Shown here: positions 1 through 13,968 of the stretch, piece by piece
How positions within the stretch are numbered: position 1 is the first letter of the stretch
Layout of the letters: every line of letters starts with the position of its first letter
Source: Eledone cirrhosa
Lineage: Eukaryota
Assembly (NCBI GenBank): GCA_964016885.1
Contig: OZ024743.1
Span: 281,542,001-281,606,000 of the forward strand
Reading direction: 5' to 3'
Length of the DNA: 64,000 bases
Translations under genes and position numbers: made by a program
The notes under the pieces: model-generated
What the model saw: the letters and a program-made list of their open reading frames with translations, nothing else
The model's database searches: none
What the model was told of the DNA's origin: nothing

Positions 1-150
1 CATCACTCTGGAACACGGCCCTAAGATACTTGAATTTATCCACTGGCTTAAGTGGAACTCCATTCACATGTAAAGTGCACTGCGCAGGCTTCCTTGAGAG
101 GAAGAGTGTCTCAGTTTTCTCAGCACTTGAATACAATTCAAGCCTGTACT
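1..150 (-). mobile_element. Degraded LINE RT remnant
   Basis: Minus strand reads AEKTETL...LKPVDKFKYL (RT 'FKYLG'-type motif). Confidence 0.5.
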
Positions 151-606
151 ATGTGTCCTTGTGTTATGTTCTTGAAAGGATCATGAGCATTGCCCTTCCT
201 TTTGACTAAATAAAGTGTGCTTTGAGGGAGATTCATCTGCTATTATTTCTAGCAGGTCTAGTAACCACATAGGCAATATGTTACTTGTATTAGATATTTG
301 TCTTTTAGTATTGCAAACTGATTGGGTCATGTGTTGAGAAAGGATGAAAGTAACTGGGTGAGTGAAGTGATGGAAATTAATGTGGAAGGAGAAGACTGAG
401 AAAGGCATGACAAAAGATGATGGAGGAGGAAATGAAAGGCAGAAGGTTATTAAGGGGCATGCAGCTGATAGGGCAAAATAGAGAAGCTTATCCTGGAGTC
501 TGCAAGGCTAAACCCTTGCTTTCTCAGGGTAAATTGTCAAAAATGATTGCTGTTTGTTATGTTCTTCATTTAATAATCGAAAGTCTTGTTTCTGACTATT
601 CTTCAG

Positions 607-722
607 GTAGTTATAGTGGTGTCATCTCACCATTCCATGATATTCCTTTATATACAAATACAGCCAAGACGGTTCTTAATATGGTTGTTGAGATTCCTCG
701 ATGGACTAATCACAAGATGGAG
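607..722 (+). CDS. PPA1: Soluble inorganic pyrophosphatase (family I), first exon in window (true exon 1 lies upstream)
   Basis: cttcag| acceptor and |gtaagt donor; translates [35 protein letters not shown], the conserved SPFHDIP / NMVVEIPRW motif of eukaryotic PPases. Confidence 0.93.
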
Positions 723-773
723 GTAAGTTGTTTTTATCAGATTTTCTCCCACTGACTCATCTTTTTAGCTGTA

Positions 774-970
774 TACAAGGGTGGGCTGTAAAGTTCATAA
801 GCTGACTATGAAGGAGTGATGCTAGAGTTGTGAAATCTTGCATGCATTAATTTCAACTCTTATTAATAACTGCATTGTTTCTTTCTATGGACTCTGTTGA
901 AAAATAAACCTCATTTGGTCATTCCATGAGAGTATCTTGGTCAGCTTATGAACTTTTCAACCAACCCATA
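774..970. mobile_element. Tc1/mariner-type MITE; copies at 5491-5692, 6805-6883 (internally deleted), 8805-8973
   Basis: TA|CGAGGGTTGGCTGAAAAGTTCATAGGCTGAC-type TIRs, TA-flanked. Confidence 0.85.
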
Positions 971-1886
971 TGTGTTTGTGAATCAGTATCTGTTCTGGCT
1001 CTGTGTGATCTCAGTTCAAATTCTGCTGAGGTCAACTTTGCCTTTCATTCTTTGAAGTCATTAAAATAAAGTACCAGGGTGAGGCAGAATTTTTAAAGCA
1101 TTGGACGAAATGCCCTGTGGTATTTGTTATGGCTATTTGCATGGTAGACTTAATCCATCACCTGGTTAACATCCCCACCTTGTCCTAGAGTGCCTTTAAA
1201 TGGAGTTTACTCTGTTGCAAGTATGCTGGTCAGGTCTCCTGTTTAAGAATAACTTCTTTCCTTCTTCCTGTCATTCTTTGAAGCCCCACAAAAAGAAAAG
1301 TTGTCATGGGCACTGCCCTTCTTTCCCTGATTCAGTATTAAGAAAAAAGAGCTTTGTAATTTTAAGTTATATTTTCCAGTTTGTTGTATGTATGAATAGC
1401 AAAGGTTCACACAGCTTGAACTGGATTAAATTAAAAGAAATTTTTTTATTCAAACTGTCAAATGAAATTACCTCTCCAGATACATTTGTAATGTGTGTCA
1501 GTGTTAATATCTCTAGCATTTGATTGTAAATGTGTCTGGCATTAGGAAGGGCATCCAGCTGTAGAAACCTAGCCAGAAACAGTCCTATATGAGTAAGACA
1601 CAGTCACCTGGCCCAACTTACCTCAAATGGGACGACCTGTCTAACCCATGCTAGTGTGGAAAATGGACGTTAAATGATGATGATGATGTTGATGATGGTG
1701 GCGGGGGCTGTCATTGAAACAGTTGAGAGACATCCTATGAGATATCTCATGGAAGGTTGATTAAAGCTATGTAGGTGCGAACTGTAGCAAATTTGATATT
1801 GTTTATGTTTCATATTTATTTTTCATATTTATTTGTGTATCTAACAACAAAGTATAATAATACCTTCCAACTTTGGTGTCTTTCAG

Positions 1887-2006
1887 ATCAGCAAAGAGGA
1901 AATGATGAATCCCATTAAACAGGATATTAAGAAAGGCAAAGTGAGATTTGTGAAAAACCTTTTCCCTCACCATGGTTACATCTGGAACTATGGAGCATTT
2001 CCACAG
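1887..2006 (+). CDS. PPA1: Inorganic pyrophosphatase exon (120 nt)
   Basis: tttcag| [40 protein letters not shown] |gtaatt. Confidence 0.96.
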
Positions 2007-5000
2007 GTAATTGGGAAAACCAGTTTTTCGTGCATTCAAACTTACTGCTACTTATTAACTCTTTCAGTACCCAACTGTTTGTTTTAAAGTGTTTATCTTT
2101 ATCTAAAAACATTCTATTATAATTTTATGAAGAACCTTTGTTAAGTTATATTCCAAACACCAACTTAATAATGAAAAAAGTTAGTTATATCATATCTCTC
2201 TAAATTCTTGATTATTTAAAAATTTTTTTGAAAATCATAGGCAGTATCTTTCATTAGAAATATGGTAAGAAAAGGGTTAATAATTATGTTTATAGTGAAG
2301 ATGGTAATGTGCCTGGCTAAAGACATTACTGTATTTAGTTTTGTGTATTTTTGGTATTTATTTGTAGACTGAGTTTTTAAGTGTTTACAGTCTTGAAATA
2401 AAAGACTATGCACAAAAATCTCCTTATTTTTTCTTACTTGTTACATAGTTTAAGTTTGATTTAATGTTCTTTTTATTAGTTATATATTTAACCCTTTAGC
2501 ATTTACATTACTCTATATTTACTATTATATTTTCACAATAAAGGCTTTACCTCACATAATTATCTCACATAATATCGAATCTATGAGATTTTGATATTAT
2601 TTATTTTGAGAATAATACCTTATCAGTATGAGTGGCCGGTTACAGCCAGTTTGAACGGAATATGGTGAGAGAATTCTGGCCGGATATGGCCAGGTAAAAA
2701 AAAGTTTTTAATAGCAATTTGCCTTATCATTGCAACCTCCCTCACTAACCCTACTGGCTTTCATTTTCTCTTCCTTCATTTTCAGCCATGTCTTTCTTGA
2801 CCTCTTTCCCTTACTTCTTCCACATTCATTTCCATCACTCTTCTTACCCAGTCACTTTCATCCTTCCTCAACACATCCCAACTATCTCATTTCAAAAAGC
2901 ACCTAGCCCACACTCTAAAGTGGTTGTGTAGGTGTCACAACAAAAAGCACCCAGTCCACGCTGTAAAGTGGTCATGTAGGTGTCACAACAAAAAGCACCC
3001 AGTCAACACTGTAAAGTAGTCGTGTAGGTGTCCAGCCATAGAAACCAAGCCAAAATCAGTTCTGTATGAGCAAGTCACGGTAATCCAATCTGGTTTATCT
3101 CACAATGGGACAGCTTGTCTAACCCAGGTTAGCATGGAAATGGACGTTAAACAGTGATGATGATGATGATGATAGTGAGATTGTTAAAGAAATTAATGCT
3201 ATTAATTTTGTCCCTTTCATCTATTTTAGATTTGGCTCTTCTTTATCTTGTAATTCCTTCATTAGTATTTAATAAAATATGGATTATTGATGAGGGATTA
3301 AACTGACTTGACTACAGCCCTTTGATCTTTCTAATATGCAGACATTGATGTTCAATATTATTGAGTGGATATATATATCATCATTACCAACCCACCATCC
3401 TTCTCCTTCTTCTAAATTGATTTTCTCCTTATCAACTTCATTCTTTCTTAATAAACAGAGTTGTTATATCTTTTATAAATGTCTGTCTCTGTCTTTTCTT
3501 TCATTTTCCTTGGTTGGCTTTCTTTTTCATTTCACATATATCCATATATACTTACTTGTATAAAACTGCACTTAGTATGTGCATGTCTATATACGTGGAC
3601 ATTTAGTATAATGTGGTAATATTACTTTCCACTAAGCACACTTATGATTATGATGATAATAATTATGGTAACAGTGATTCAGTGTATTGTTTAGTCCCAG
3701 GTTAGCACCTATTTAAAAAAAAGTAAGACAAAATATACCTTAAACTACATTATCCAACATGTCTTTCCTTTGTTAACCCTTTCATTACCATATTTCTAAT
3801 AAAAAAACACTGGATATAATTTTCAAATCACTTTGAAAATATTCAAATATTTAGCAATATAGCAAACTTATTATTTGATCTCATTATTCTTACTTGTTTG
3901 GAACATAACTTATCAAAGGTTCTACATAAAAGTATAATTGAAGGGTTTTATATAAATACAAATACTTTAAAATAAACAGTTTTGTATCATAGAATTAGGG
4001 GTATCAAATGGGCTAAGTCAGTGTAGTATAATTTGATTGAGATTTGACTGCTATTTCTAGCAAGTTGTCAGGGTTCACACCTGCACAGATTTAGCTGGTT
4101 TCCTATGAGGTTTCATGGGTGTTTTAATAACAGGAGACAGAATTTTATAATGTTTCCTTTTTTCCTGTGATAAGGATGCAGGATTTGAACATAGAACGCA
4201 CAGTCAAAACAGATACCACCAGGCATCCCATTCAATGCTCTAACAATTCCACCAATCTACCACCCTGAATAGGTATTTTATTTATTGACCCAGAAAAGAT
4301 GAAAATCAAAGTTGACCTTGGTGGGATTTGCAAGGCATTTAATATGATGCTCTAACAACTAAGTATAGGTTCCCTTGAGTTATCGATTCAGTGTATTAAA
4401 AGAGAAGTTAGATGGGAGTGGCTTTTTTCTATTCTTTTATTTTATACATCTTTTGTATAGATATTAACAACTCCACACTCTTTGTTTTTCCATATTGTAT
4501 AACATGAGACTGCATTGGCAAGACTTAAAAAGTACAAAAAAGCACTGACAGCATCATATGAAAAATTAAAGCCTTTACTCAAATTTAGCAAATTTTCCGC
4601 TTTACAGGCCTCCAGCCCACACTGTAAAGTGGTCATGATGGTGACACAGCAAAAAGGCGCACAACCCACACTGTAAAGTGGTCGTGTAGGTGTCACGGCA
4701 AAAAGCACCCAGTCCACACTGTAAAGTGGTCATGTAGGCATGATGACAAAAAGCACCCAACAGGATAACTCATCTAACCCATGCCAGCATGGAAACATGG
4801 ACGTTAAACGATGATGATGATTTTGTCCACTAATAAAGATACAATAAGCATTTGAATTGACAAATCTGTTTTTAAAACATTTTTTTCTAAGTCATTACAG
4901 GATGTCAAGTACTAATTCAGTTTCCTCATTTGTGCAGCTTGCTTTGAATTTCAGCCTCATTGTATTATATGTAACTTATTGTATTATATATAACTTATTG

Positions 5001-6946
5001 TATTATATATATCTTATTCTTATTTTCTGTTAGTGATCCAGCTAAGTCATTCTCTTCATCTTATTGTTAAAAGCTAGTTAAATTGCAATCTTTAATCTTC
5101 AAGATTCAACCCTTTGTTGCGTTTTTGTATCAGTATTTCTTTCACTTATAACAATAAAATAGGGTTTCAAGTTAATAGTGAATTAAGCTTTGGTTCAGTG
5201 TGTTTCAATATAGTTCAACCTAGTGGGTCTATTGTTTGCTCATAGAGACTTTCAACAGTGGATTATTGATTAATTAATGAGGGTCACATCTCTTACATAT
5301 TGCTCTTTCATGTAGAACTTTATGAATGAATAGAATTAAGTTATTTGACTTTCATGTTTCTATACTTTATTTCTCTCTTTTGTTTTTATAATTTGTTAAT
5401 GTTACAGTTTATAGTTTGTTTCTTTTTAACTCCATCACTTTATAAATAGCCAGTGTCTTTTGGTGGATTATTTTTCTTCTGTTGGGCAGATTCGAGGGTC
5501 AGCTGAAAAGTTCGTAGGCTGACCAAGATACTCTCATGGAATGACCAAATGAGATTTATTTTTCAACATAGTACCTGGAAAGAAACAATGCAGTTATTAA
5601 TAAGAAGAGTTGAAATTAATGCATGCAAGATTTCACAGCTCTAGCGTCACTCCTTCATAGTCGGCCTATGAACTTTTCAGCCCAACATCGTAGTTAGAAT
5701 TAAATGATATTGAGAATGTTGGTAGTGGTGATGATGATAATGATGTCAAAAATGCTATTACTTATTGTTGAGCCCCAGATTAGTTAAACTGAGAAGAACT
5801 TTGATAAAAACATTCCAGCTATGACCACTTGATCTTTTTATCTGAACTATATTATTCAATGTGTTCTTCCTTTTTAAAGTCTGTAAAGTATGATTTGAGA
5901 GAGATTTGGCTGCTATTCTTAGCATATTGAGTAGTTCAAATGTTATTACTTTATTACAGTTGAAGTAATCATTTTATTATTATAGAATAGAAAGGCGACG
6001 GATTGGCAGTATCAGTAGATCGGACGCCATGCTTTGCAGCATAGAGTTACAGCCCTTTGCGGTCTGAGTTCAAATCCCGCTAAGGTTAACTTTGCCTTTA
6101 ATCCTTACGGGTTGATAAAATAAAGTACTAGTAATGCACTGAGTAATTGCTGGCCTTGTGCCAAAAGTAGAAACAATTTTTATAAAATAGAATATACCTG
6201 GTGTGTCAGACACATTGAAATTTAATTTTTTGATCAGTTATTTAAATATGCCTGTCATTGTCATTATCATCATTAACATTATTGTCATCATTATCATCGT
6301 CAACGTCATTGTAGTCATCATCATCATTTTTGGTATGGTTTCTATGGCTGGATGCCCTTTCCAACGCCAACCACATTACAGAGTTTACAGGGTGCATTTT
6401 ATTATGGCACCAGCACTAGTGACATTGTCATGTCCTTGCTGTGATTGAAGAGACCTCTTAACACTTTTTAACAAGCTTTCTATGGCTGGATGCCTTTTTT
6501 AATGCCAACTACTTTACAGAGTGTAGTGGGTGCATTTTATTGTGGAACTAGCACTAAAGAAGTTGTTATGCCCTTAATGTGACTGAAAAGTCCTTTCTGC
6601 CCTGTATTAAAATATTTGTTTTGCTTATCTTCCCCATTGTAGAAGTCATCATTGTGATTGTCTTTGGTGTGTAGGTCTACATTATCAAATATATCTTTCC
6701 TTTTTTAAAATAGTAGAGTGTAATTTAAGAGTGATAGGTTGTTATTTTTACTATGCCTAAAAAAATTATATACAAAATGGTCCTAGCTGGAATATTTTGG
6801 ATTGTACGAGAGTTGGCTGAAAAGTTCATAGGCTGACCAAGATACTTTCATGGGATGACCAAATTTTTCAGCCAACCCTCGTAGATCTGCTAGATTTGGA
6901 CTGATCTGTGACTATTTAATAGCAATCATTATTTCACATCTTAACA

Positions 6947-7134
6947 TAGGGCGGTGGATTGGCAGTATCAGTAGAGGGTCGGACGCCATGCTTTGACGCA
7001 AAGAGTTACGTCCCTTTACGATCTGAGTTCAAATCCCGCCAAGGTTAACTTTGCCTTTCATCCTTACGGGGTCGATAAAATAAAGTACCAGTAATGTACT
7101 GGGTAATGCTGGCCTTGTGCAAAAAGTAGAAACA
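6947..7134 (+). mobile_element. tRNA-derived SINE (family B)
   Basis: B box GAGTTCAAATC, central ggttaactttgcctttcatccttacggggtcgataaaataaagtacca; 19-bp TSD attatttcacatcttaaca at 6928-6946 and 7135-7153; other copy at 5991-6175 and many decayed copies. Confidence 0.9.
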
Positions 7135-7206
7135 ATTATTTCACATCTTAACAGGTTGGACTGGACAGGTCTACTGTACACCATAATTCCTCTATTTTAT
7201 TTTATA

Positions 7207-8315
7207 CTAGCAGCAGTACCCAGCGTTGCTTGGGTAGGTAAAATAATATCTGCTTTGATGAAAAGGTGTTGATCTTAGCAACTGCTTCTTGATGACTCAT
7301 CTATGGCCACACACAGGCCATGCGAGGGAGGGTGGTGATGACCTCTATCACTGAGAAACGCGGGTGACTGACGAAGGGGCATGCTGGAGGAGGGAGGTAA
7401 TGACCTCTAACACTAAGACAAATTTCCTCACGCTACTTGATTGGAAACCAATGAATTCTCAAATACACAACTAAAAGCTCAGACAACATCAGTGGCCATC
7501 ATTTTGCCTTTGACCATCTATAAGATGTGCAATGATAGGTTCTATCGTAGTATAAAAGGTGAACCAAATAAATTGATTTATGTGTGAGGTGGAGCCGAAG
7601 TTTCGAATTTGAACGAAATCGGTTGAAAAATGTGGGAGCTAATGATAGGTTCTATCGTAGTATAAAAGTTGAACCAAATAAATTGATTTATGTGTGAGGT
7701 GGAGCTGAAGTTTCGAATTTGAACGAAATCGGTTGAAAAATGTGGGAGCCGAAAAGGTGGAAATTTGAGCGAAAAGGTGGTATTTTCGAATATTTAAGCG
7801 GCTGCCACGCTGTTCCTGAACAAAAGATCCAAAATGTAAAGCTACTTTAAGACGTGAGTGAAATAATCAGATCTAGCGTAGTGTAAAATTTGAACAAAGT
7901 AAGTTGATTAATGTGGGAGCTAGAGCCGAAAATGTGGAAATTTGAGTCTAAAAGTGGTGTTTTTGAATATTTAAGTGGCTGCCACGCCGTCCCTGAACAA
8001 CAAATGCAAAATATAAAGCCATTACAGGATGTGCAATGATAAATTCTATTTTGCTTTAAAATTTGAACGAAATCAGTGGCAAAATATGGAAGCTGGAGGT
8101 AAAAATCTTATTCTTCGATATCTAAAAAAAGGTGCCCCCCCCCCCCCCCCTATCGATTTTTATCTGCAGAATGACCCTGGAAAAAAAAAAAAGCGATACG
8201 CTGATATATAGAAAACACTGCCCGATGACTAATCTGAAAATCGGTCGTAAGATGTAGGCCCCTATAGGTAATACACAGACACACACGCACATACTTAATT
8301 TTATATATATACAGA
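7207..8315 (-). mobile_element. Non-autonomous Helitron with internal tandem repeats
   Basis: Minus strand starts A|TCTGTATATATATAAAA and ends with hairpin TACCCA-N8-TGGGTA (7217-7236) then CTAG|T; 110-bp tandem pair at 7531-7750 and about 178-bp pair at 7745-8100. Confidence 0.85.
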
Positions 8316-8373
8316 TTTGTAAACAATAGTGTTATGGGTCCAAAGATCACTGGTATACACATCCATACACATA

Positions 8374-8694
8374 ATCATCATCATCATCATCATCATTTTA
8401 CGTCCGCTTTTCCCTGCTTGCAAGAGTGGGACGGGAACTGATTTTGGCTTGATTTCTACAGCTGGATGCCCTTCCTAACACCAACCTCATTTACAGTGAG
8501 TGCTGGGTGCTTTTTCGTGGCGCCTACACGTCCACTTGTAGTCCCTATCATCTCATTTCTACAGCTGAGTAAACTGGAACAATGTGAAATAAAGTCTCTT
8601 GCTCAAGGAAACAACACATCACCCGGTCCGAGAATTGAACTCACAACCTTTCGATTGCAAGGCCAATGCTCTAACCACTAAGCCATATGCCTCC
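8374..8694 (-). mobile_element. SINE family A copy
   Basis: Same head, body and tail as 49488-49871. Confidence 0.88.
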
Positions 8695-8704
8695 ATAATA
8701 TATA

Positions 8705-8708
<4 letters not shown>

Positions 8709-8784
<76 letters not shown>
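8709..8784. repeat. (GT)n microsatellite
   Basis: Perfect dinucleotide run. Confidence 0.98.
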
Positions 8785-8787
<3 letters not shown>

Positions 8788-9259
8788 ATTAAGAAAAACA
8801 CACATATGAAGGTTGGCTGAAAAGTTCATAGGCTGATCAAGATACTCTCATGGAATGACCAAATGAGGTTTATTTTTCAACATTGGAAAATTTGAAATTA
8901 ATGCATGTAAGATTTCACAGCTCTAGAATCACTCCTTGAATTTAGCCTATGAACTTTTCAGCCCACTCTCGCATTTTTAGAGATGTAGATATGACAATGC
9001 TTCTGCAGATATCTTTGTGCCAAATTCCATAAACAAGGTTTCAGTTAACCTAAGATTATGGTAGAACACACCTAAGTTGTACAATGAGATTGATGTTAAA
9101 TAAATTTGACTGTTATTTCTAGCAGATCATGTAGAAACTTCCACACAGGTTCCTCTGTGTGTGTGTGTGTGTGTGTGTGTGTTTGTGTTTGTTTACAAAA
9201 TGGTTGACATGAATATGTTATTGACTTCATTTAAATATTATTTGTCTTTATATTTGTAG

Positions 9260-9346
9260 ACATGGGAAGATCCAAATTTTGTAAATCCAGATACGAATAC
9301 CAAGGGAGACTCTGATCCAATTGATGTTTGTGAAATTGGATCAAAA
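9260..9346 (+). CDS. PPA1: Inorganic pyrophosphatase exon with catalytic DxDPxD motif (87 nt)
   Basis: ttgtag| [29 protein letters not shown] |gtaagt. Confidence 0.96.
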
Positions 9347-10366
9347 GTAAGTGAAACAAATGTTGCTAATGTATTCAATTTTAATTTCTTATTCTGTAAA
9401 GTGGTTGGTGTTAGGAAGGGCATCCAGCTGTAGAAACCATGCTAAAAAGGGTTGTGAAGATGCTCCAGTCATAACACAACTACCGCTTTAATGCTGGTCC
9501 CAGAAAAAAGCACCCGGTATACTCTATAAAGTGGTCGATGATAAGAAGGGCAATATGTAAATGGGATGTTGGCCCCTCAGCCTGTTGGAGATGTCAGTAG
9601 CTCTGTTTAAATACTGACTTGGTCTATGACACCTCATCCAACCCTTGCTAGCAGAGCAAAAAAATGGATATTACACGATGATGATAGTGATATGTAGTTA
9701 CTGATAACAACTGTTGTGCATCTACCACATGGATAGATGCACATCTATCTCTGTTAGCTGGCCTGCATTTCTCGTGCACCCATAGTTTATATTATATGTA
9801 AGAAAATTTCATTTTCTACATTAAACATACTTCTTACCCTTAAATAGGCTGAAGAAGATCAATAAATAATTTTTTGTACATATTAAGGACTCATGTATTA
9901 TAATAGTGGTTCCAACCTTTTGTGCACTATGCCCCACATCAATATCTCAAAAATTATTATGCCCCTGTTGATATGAAATTGCTCTCCCACCCCCTATAGT
10001 GAAAACAGTGATGTTCAACTGCAAGGTGTAAACAAATTGGTGTATAGGTGGTGCCAGATGCACAAAAACGTGTGGAGGAGGTGAGGCAGGAGTTTCCAAC
10101 AGTAGTGTGTACCAAGGTTGCTCGAAGTTTGTTCTTATTAACATCATTTTCAATTACCCACCCCCACTAAATATTCAAATTGTCCCCCTGTTGGGTGTGT
10201 GCACCACATTGGGTGTCACTAAATCTTATAGAGTCTTCAGACCCATTTAATCTTAGATCATGACAGCCCATTCAACTCATGATAGCATGGAAAACTCACA
10301 TAAAACAACGATTATGAGGGTTGATGTGTTTGGAATAATTAGTTAATTAATCAATCTATTCCACAG

Positions 10367-10430
10367 GTCCACAAACTAGGTGCTGTTGTCCAAGTGAAGG
10401 TCCTCGGTGTGATGTGCCTTATCGACGAAG
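10367..10430 (+). CDS. PPA1: Inorganic pyrophosphatase exon (64 nt)
   Basis: ccacag| VHKLGAVVQVKVLGVMCLIDE-G |gtctgt, phase 0 to 1. Confidence 0.93.
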
Positions 10431-11391
10431 GTCTGTTTTTCCATTCTCCTGTCTTATATGCACATCTATTTTTCCATCAAGCTTATTTAAATTAGTGTAA
10501 TGATTTCTTAATTATAAATCTATAGATTATAAACAAGAAACAAACTGTAGAAGTTGAGTTGTGGCAATTATGCCTTTCTTAAGAGTATCAGCTGTATAAA
10601 TGACATGGATGAGAAACAAAACTTGGTTGTGAACACTTGTCACAGATTTGGTGTTGGTTATTTTATATGAAGTCAGCTTTGATTGAGCAGACCTGTGATC
10701 AAAGTTCAGCCCAGCTGTGACCATTTCATTTTTTTTTTCAAACATAGTATAATCAATGACTACATTATCAAATATGTCATTCCAGATGGTAGTTTGTGAT
10801 TAAAGAGATTTAGCTGCTATTTCTAGCAGGTTGAGCAACTATATAAAGCTCGAATGAACATTAAAATAAAATGCATTGAGCCCACATTCTAAAGTAGTTG
10901 GAGTCATAAAAAAGAAACAAGCAAGGAGATCAGGGCTGTGCAAGGTGCATTGCAGGCAACTTGTCTAGAAAAGCAGTAACTCTGAATAAACATTTATGTA
11001 GGATAGAGTGGATGAAATTCTTTCATGATAGAATGCCATCAGCCCACAATGTAAAGTGATAGGAAGGGATTCCAGCTGTAAAAATCATGCCCCCCAAAAT
11101 GATATACACTGTCACCAAATTTTCTTTGCCAAGAAAGTAGAGAAAAGTGGATGTAAAATGATGATGATAATCATGATGAAGCATATATTTTCTTTCTGTT
11201 ATCCATACTGTTACCACCTTTTCCAGTTCAGGAATCACTGCTCTGCTCTCTTTTCTAGGTCCAATATATCTTTATGATGAAAACATTTATTGCCTTATTA
11301 TATTTTGTAGTATGTTTTGTATTTACCAATAAAACCTCATTCCTAACCTGTTCTAACAAACCACTAATGGATATATTCTTTTGTAATCTAG

Positions 11392-11454
11392 GAGAAACTG
11401 ATTGGAAAGTTCTAGCAATTGATGTTTCTGATCCATTAGCTAATGATTTAAATG
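11392..11454 (+). CDS. PPA1: Inorganic pyrophosphatase exon (63 nt)
   Basis: atctag| (G)ETDWKVLAIDVSDPLANDLN-D |gtaagt; completes the DEGETDWK motif. Confidence 0.95.
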
Positions 11455-11599
11455 GTAAGTTTTAGAATTTTTTTCATTGATTTGGTGTGTACTATTTAAG
11501 CCTTTTGATACCAAACTATCTGAAACTACTTTTGGTTCTATGATAGAAAACTGTTTGTTTTGAAATGTTTTTATTTATCAAAAAAGATTATATAAAAAC

Positions 11600-12610
11600 A
11601 CTGATGTGCTTGCAGTGAGATTGGCCTTCAACCGATTCTTTAATGCTATGCATGAAGACTGCATTGTCAGAGCTATGGTGCTGCTCCTTGACATGAGTAA
11701 ATGAAAGCCATTCAATGGGCGCGACATGGCAACAAAGCCACAATCCGGTTATTGGCAGACCATGACGGGTGTATGCTATTTGATCCAAAGCAGACGTGTG
11801 TGACTTTTCAGCTACACATCGCTCAACTATTTGATAGCAATGGTAGGTCGGATTGCGGGAAGAACTTTAGTGTCTACCTCAATGGCCTGCCATGGCTCTT
11901 AGTGGAGTGTTCTGAAAAGCTAATTATAGGCGTTGAAATATGGAAGGCATTGACCAACTGCATGAAGGGTAAATTGCCTAGTTTGGATGGTCTGCCCTAT
12001 GAGCTTTACATTTATATGCCAGACTTGTTTGGTGACCTCTTGGCAGACATCTACTGCAACTAACAGCAGAATGGGAGAATTTCCTGTTCTATGAGCCGAG
12101 GAGCAGTTGCGCTGCTGAGAAAGGACCTGAATAAGAGGGACTATATTGATAAATTTAGGCCCATAACTCTGTTAAATGCAAGGTGTTAGCTATGAGGTTG
12201 ACACTTGTTATCGGAGGTCTTGTAGGGGAAGCACATACATGCACTATTCTGAGAAGATCCATCCACAACAACCTCCACTTTATGCGATATGTCATACAAA
12301 AGGTGGTTAAGGAACCTGGCATAAGTGGGGCCCTAATTAACTTAGATCAATCAAAAACTATCAATGAGATTGACCATCGGTACCTAATGGCGGTCGTCAG
12401 TGCAGCTGGCTTCGGGACCATTTTCTGAGGATAGATTGCTGTTATGCTCCATGGTCAGAGATACTGGTCACCTCTCGGAACTGTTCAACATCATGAGCTT
12501 CATCTGCTAAAGTTGTCCCCTCTCATCCTTGTTATATGTATTGACTCTCAGGCCATTACTGTACAAATTGGAGACATTGAGGGGCATCCCATGCAAATTA
12601 GGATGTAGGA
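11600..12610 (+). mobile_element. Degraded L1/Tx1-clade LINE RT fragment
   Basis: GKLPSLDGLPYELY, FRPITLLN, GALINLDQSK remnants with stops and frameshifts. Confidence 0.8.
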
Positions 12611-12744
12611 GTAATTCCTAAGTAATTAGTACATCATTCCTCTTGTAATAATTAGTACTGAAAGTGAAGAGAAGATATAATTTCTGCTTAAAAATATGTT
12701 TATATTTTTTTTTCCCTTGTTCTTACTCTGTTTCTTCTTTTTAG

Positions 12745-12785
12745 ATGTTGATGACATAGAGAAATCAATGCCTGGATTTTTGAAG
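12745..12785 (+). CDS. PPA1: Inorganic pyrophosphatase exon (41 nt)
   Basis: ttttag| (D)VDDIEKSMPGFLK |gtaagt. Confidence 0.92.
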
Positions 12786-13968
12786 GTAAGTTAAAACTCT
12801 ATTATCTTCTTGAGTCATCCATCTTTTCAAGGTGAAGCTTTCATTTTGCTTTTTCTAATGGCTAGAATGTATGTGGCTTGCCACACCTGCATAAATATCC
12901 ATGCTACCGATGTTGTCCAAAGGAAAGGCAAAGGCTTGGTACCAGTGACGTCGCAACTCATTTCTTCAGCTTAGTAAATTGGAAAGATGTGAAATAAAGT
13001 GTCTTGCTCAAAGACTCAACACATCACCCGATCTGAGAATCGAACTCACAACTTTCCGATTGCAGGTCGAACGCACTAACCACTAAGCCATCGCTTTCAC
13101 ACAGACTCGAATGATATAAATTTTGAAGTTGACGTAGCAATCATACAGAAACATGATATAAATCCTTCATGTCCAATTACTCGTATTTTCATAAATAGCA
13201 AAGAAATTTAATGACGACACTATTGTAGAGTTACCTCCCTTAGGCTACAACTTGTTCTTTGCTGGGTTAGAATGGAGGTTGGAATAAAGATCAAATTGAC
13301 TCATCAGAATTTGCTGACCTTTTCATTTCTCAGCTGTTGAATATTTGCAGCAAAGAGCTACTTATTAAAAGGTAAACAAACTTGAACCAAACACAATTCA
13401 TTTACATAATGGTATATGGTTGATGGCCTAAGTCAAATACTAGAGTAATCAATACAGCACAATGCAAATTATGTATAGATATGTATAAGCAGTGTATTTA
13501 TATGCATTTAGGCCTTGGCGTTAGGAAGCAAGGGAACTAACCAAATCAAATATACATGTGATAAAGAATGAGTGAGAAAATAACTTGAGTAAACTGGTAA
13601 TAAATAACATGGGAGTGTGGAGAGAGAAAGAAGAAAACACTAGGTGCATCAAGCCTTGAGAGAAGTTGTTCCCATCCTTCTCACTAACAAAAGGCCCTTT
13701 TATTTAAATTATACCATCCTAGATTGTTATACAGTTAGAAGATCAATTGAAAGAAAGATGTATATACTGGCCTGTCTAACCCATGCTAGCGTGGAAGATG
13801 GACGTTAAACAAAGATGATGATACTAAGAATGGATATTGATTAGCATGTTTATATTGTTTTTAACAAAGTAGTAGAAATGTTGAACTTATGACCCAGGCC
13901 TCCAGTACTATCTTTACAGACTACAGGTTATGAGAGATATTTAAATAAGGCTAAAATAAATTTAATCT

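Noticed and set aside
417-755. ORF 417-755 as a complete PPase N-terminus
   Set aside because: Only 607-722 is homologous and splice-bounded; the rest is intron read-through
2895-3030. Three regularly spaced 40-bp direct repeats resembling a CRISPR-like array (also 4612-4760)
   Set aside because: Units are contiguous with no unique spacers, match the RTE/SINE 3' UTR module, and the DNA is eukaryotic with no cas genes
9904-10221. Possible hAT MITE (tagtggttccaa ... ttgggtgtcacta)
   Set aside because: TIR match is weak and no TSD or second copy could be confirmed
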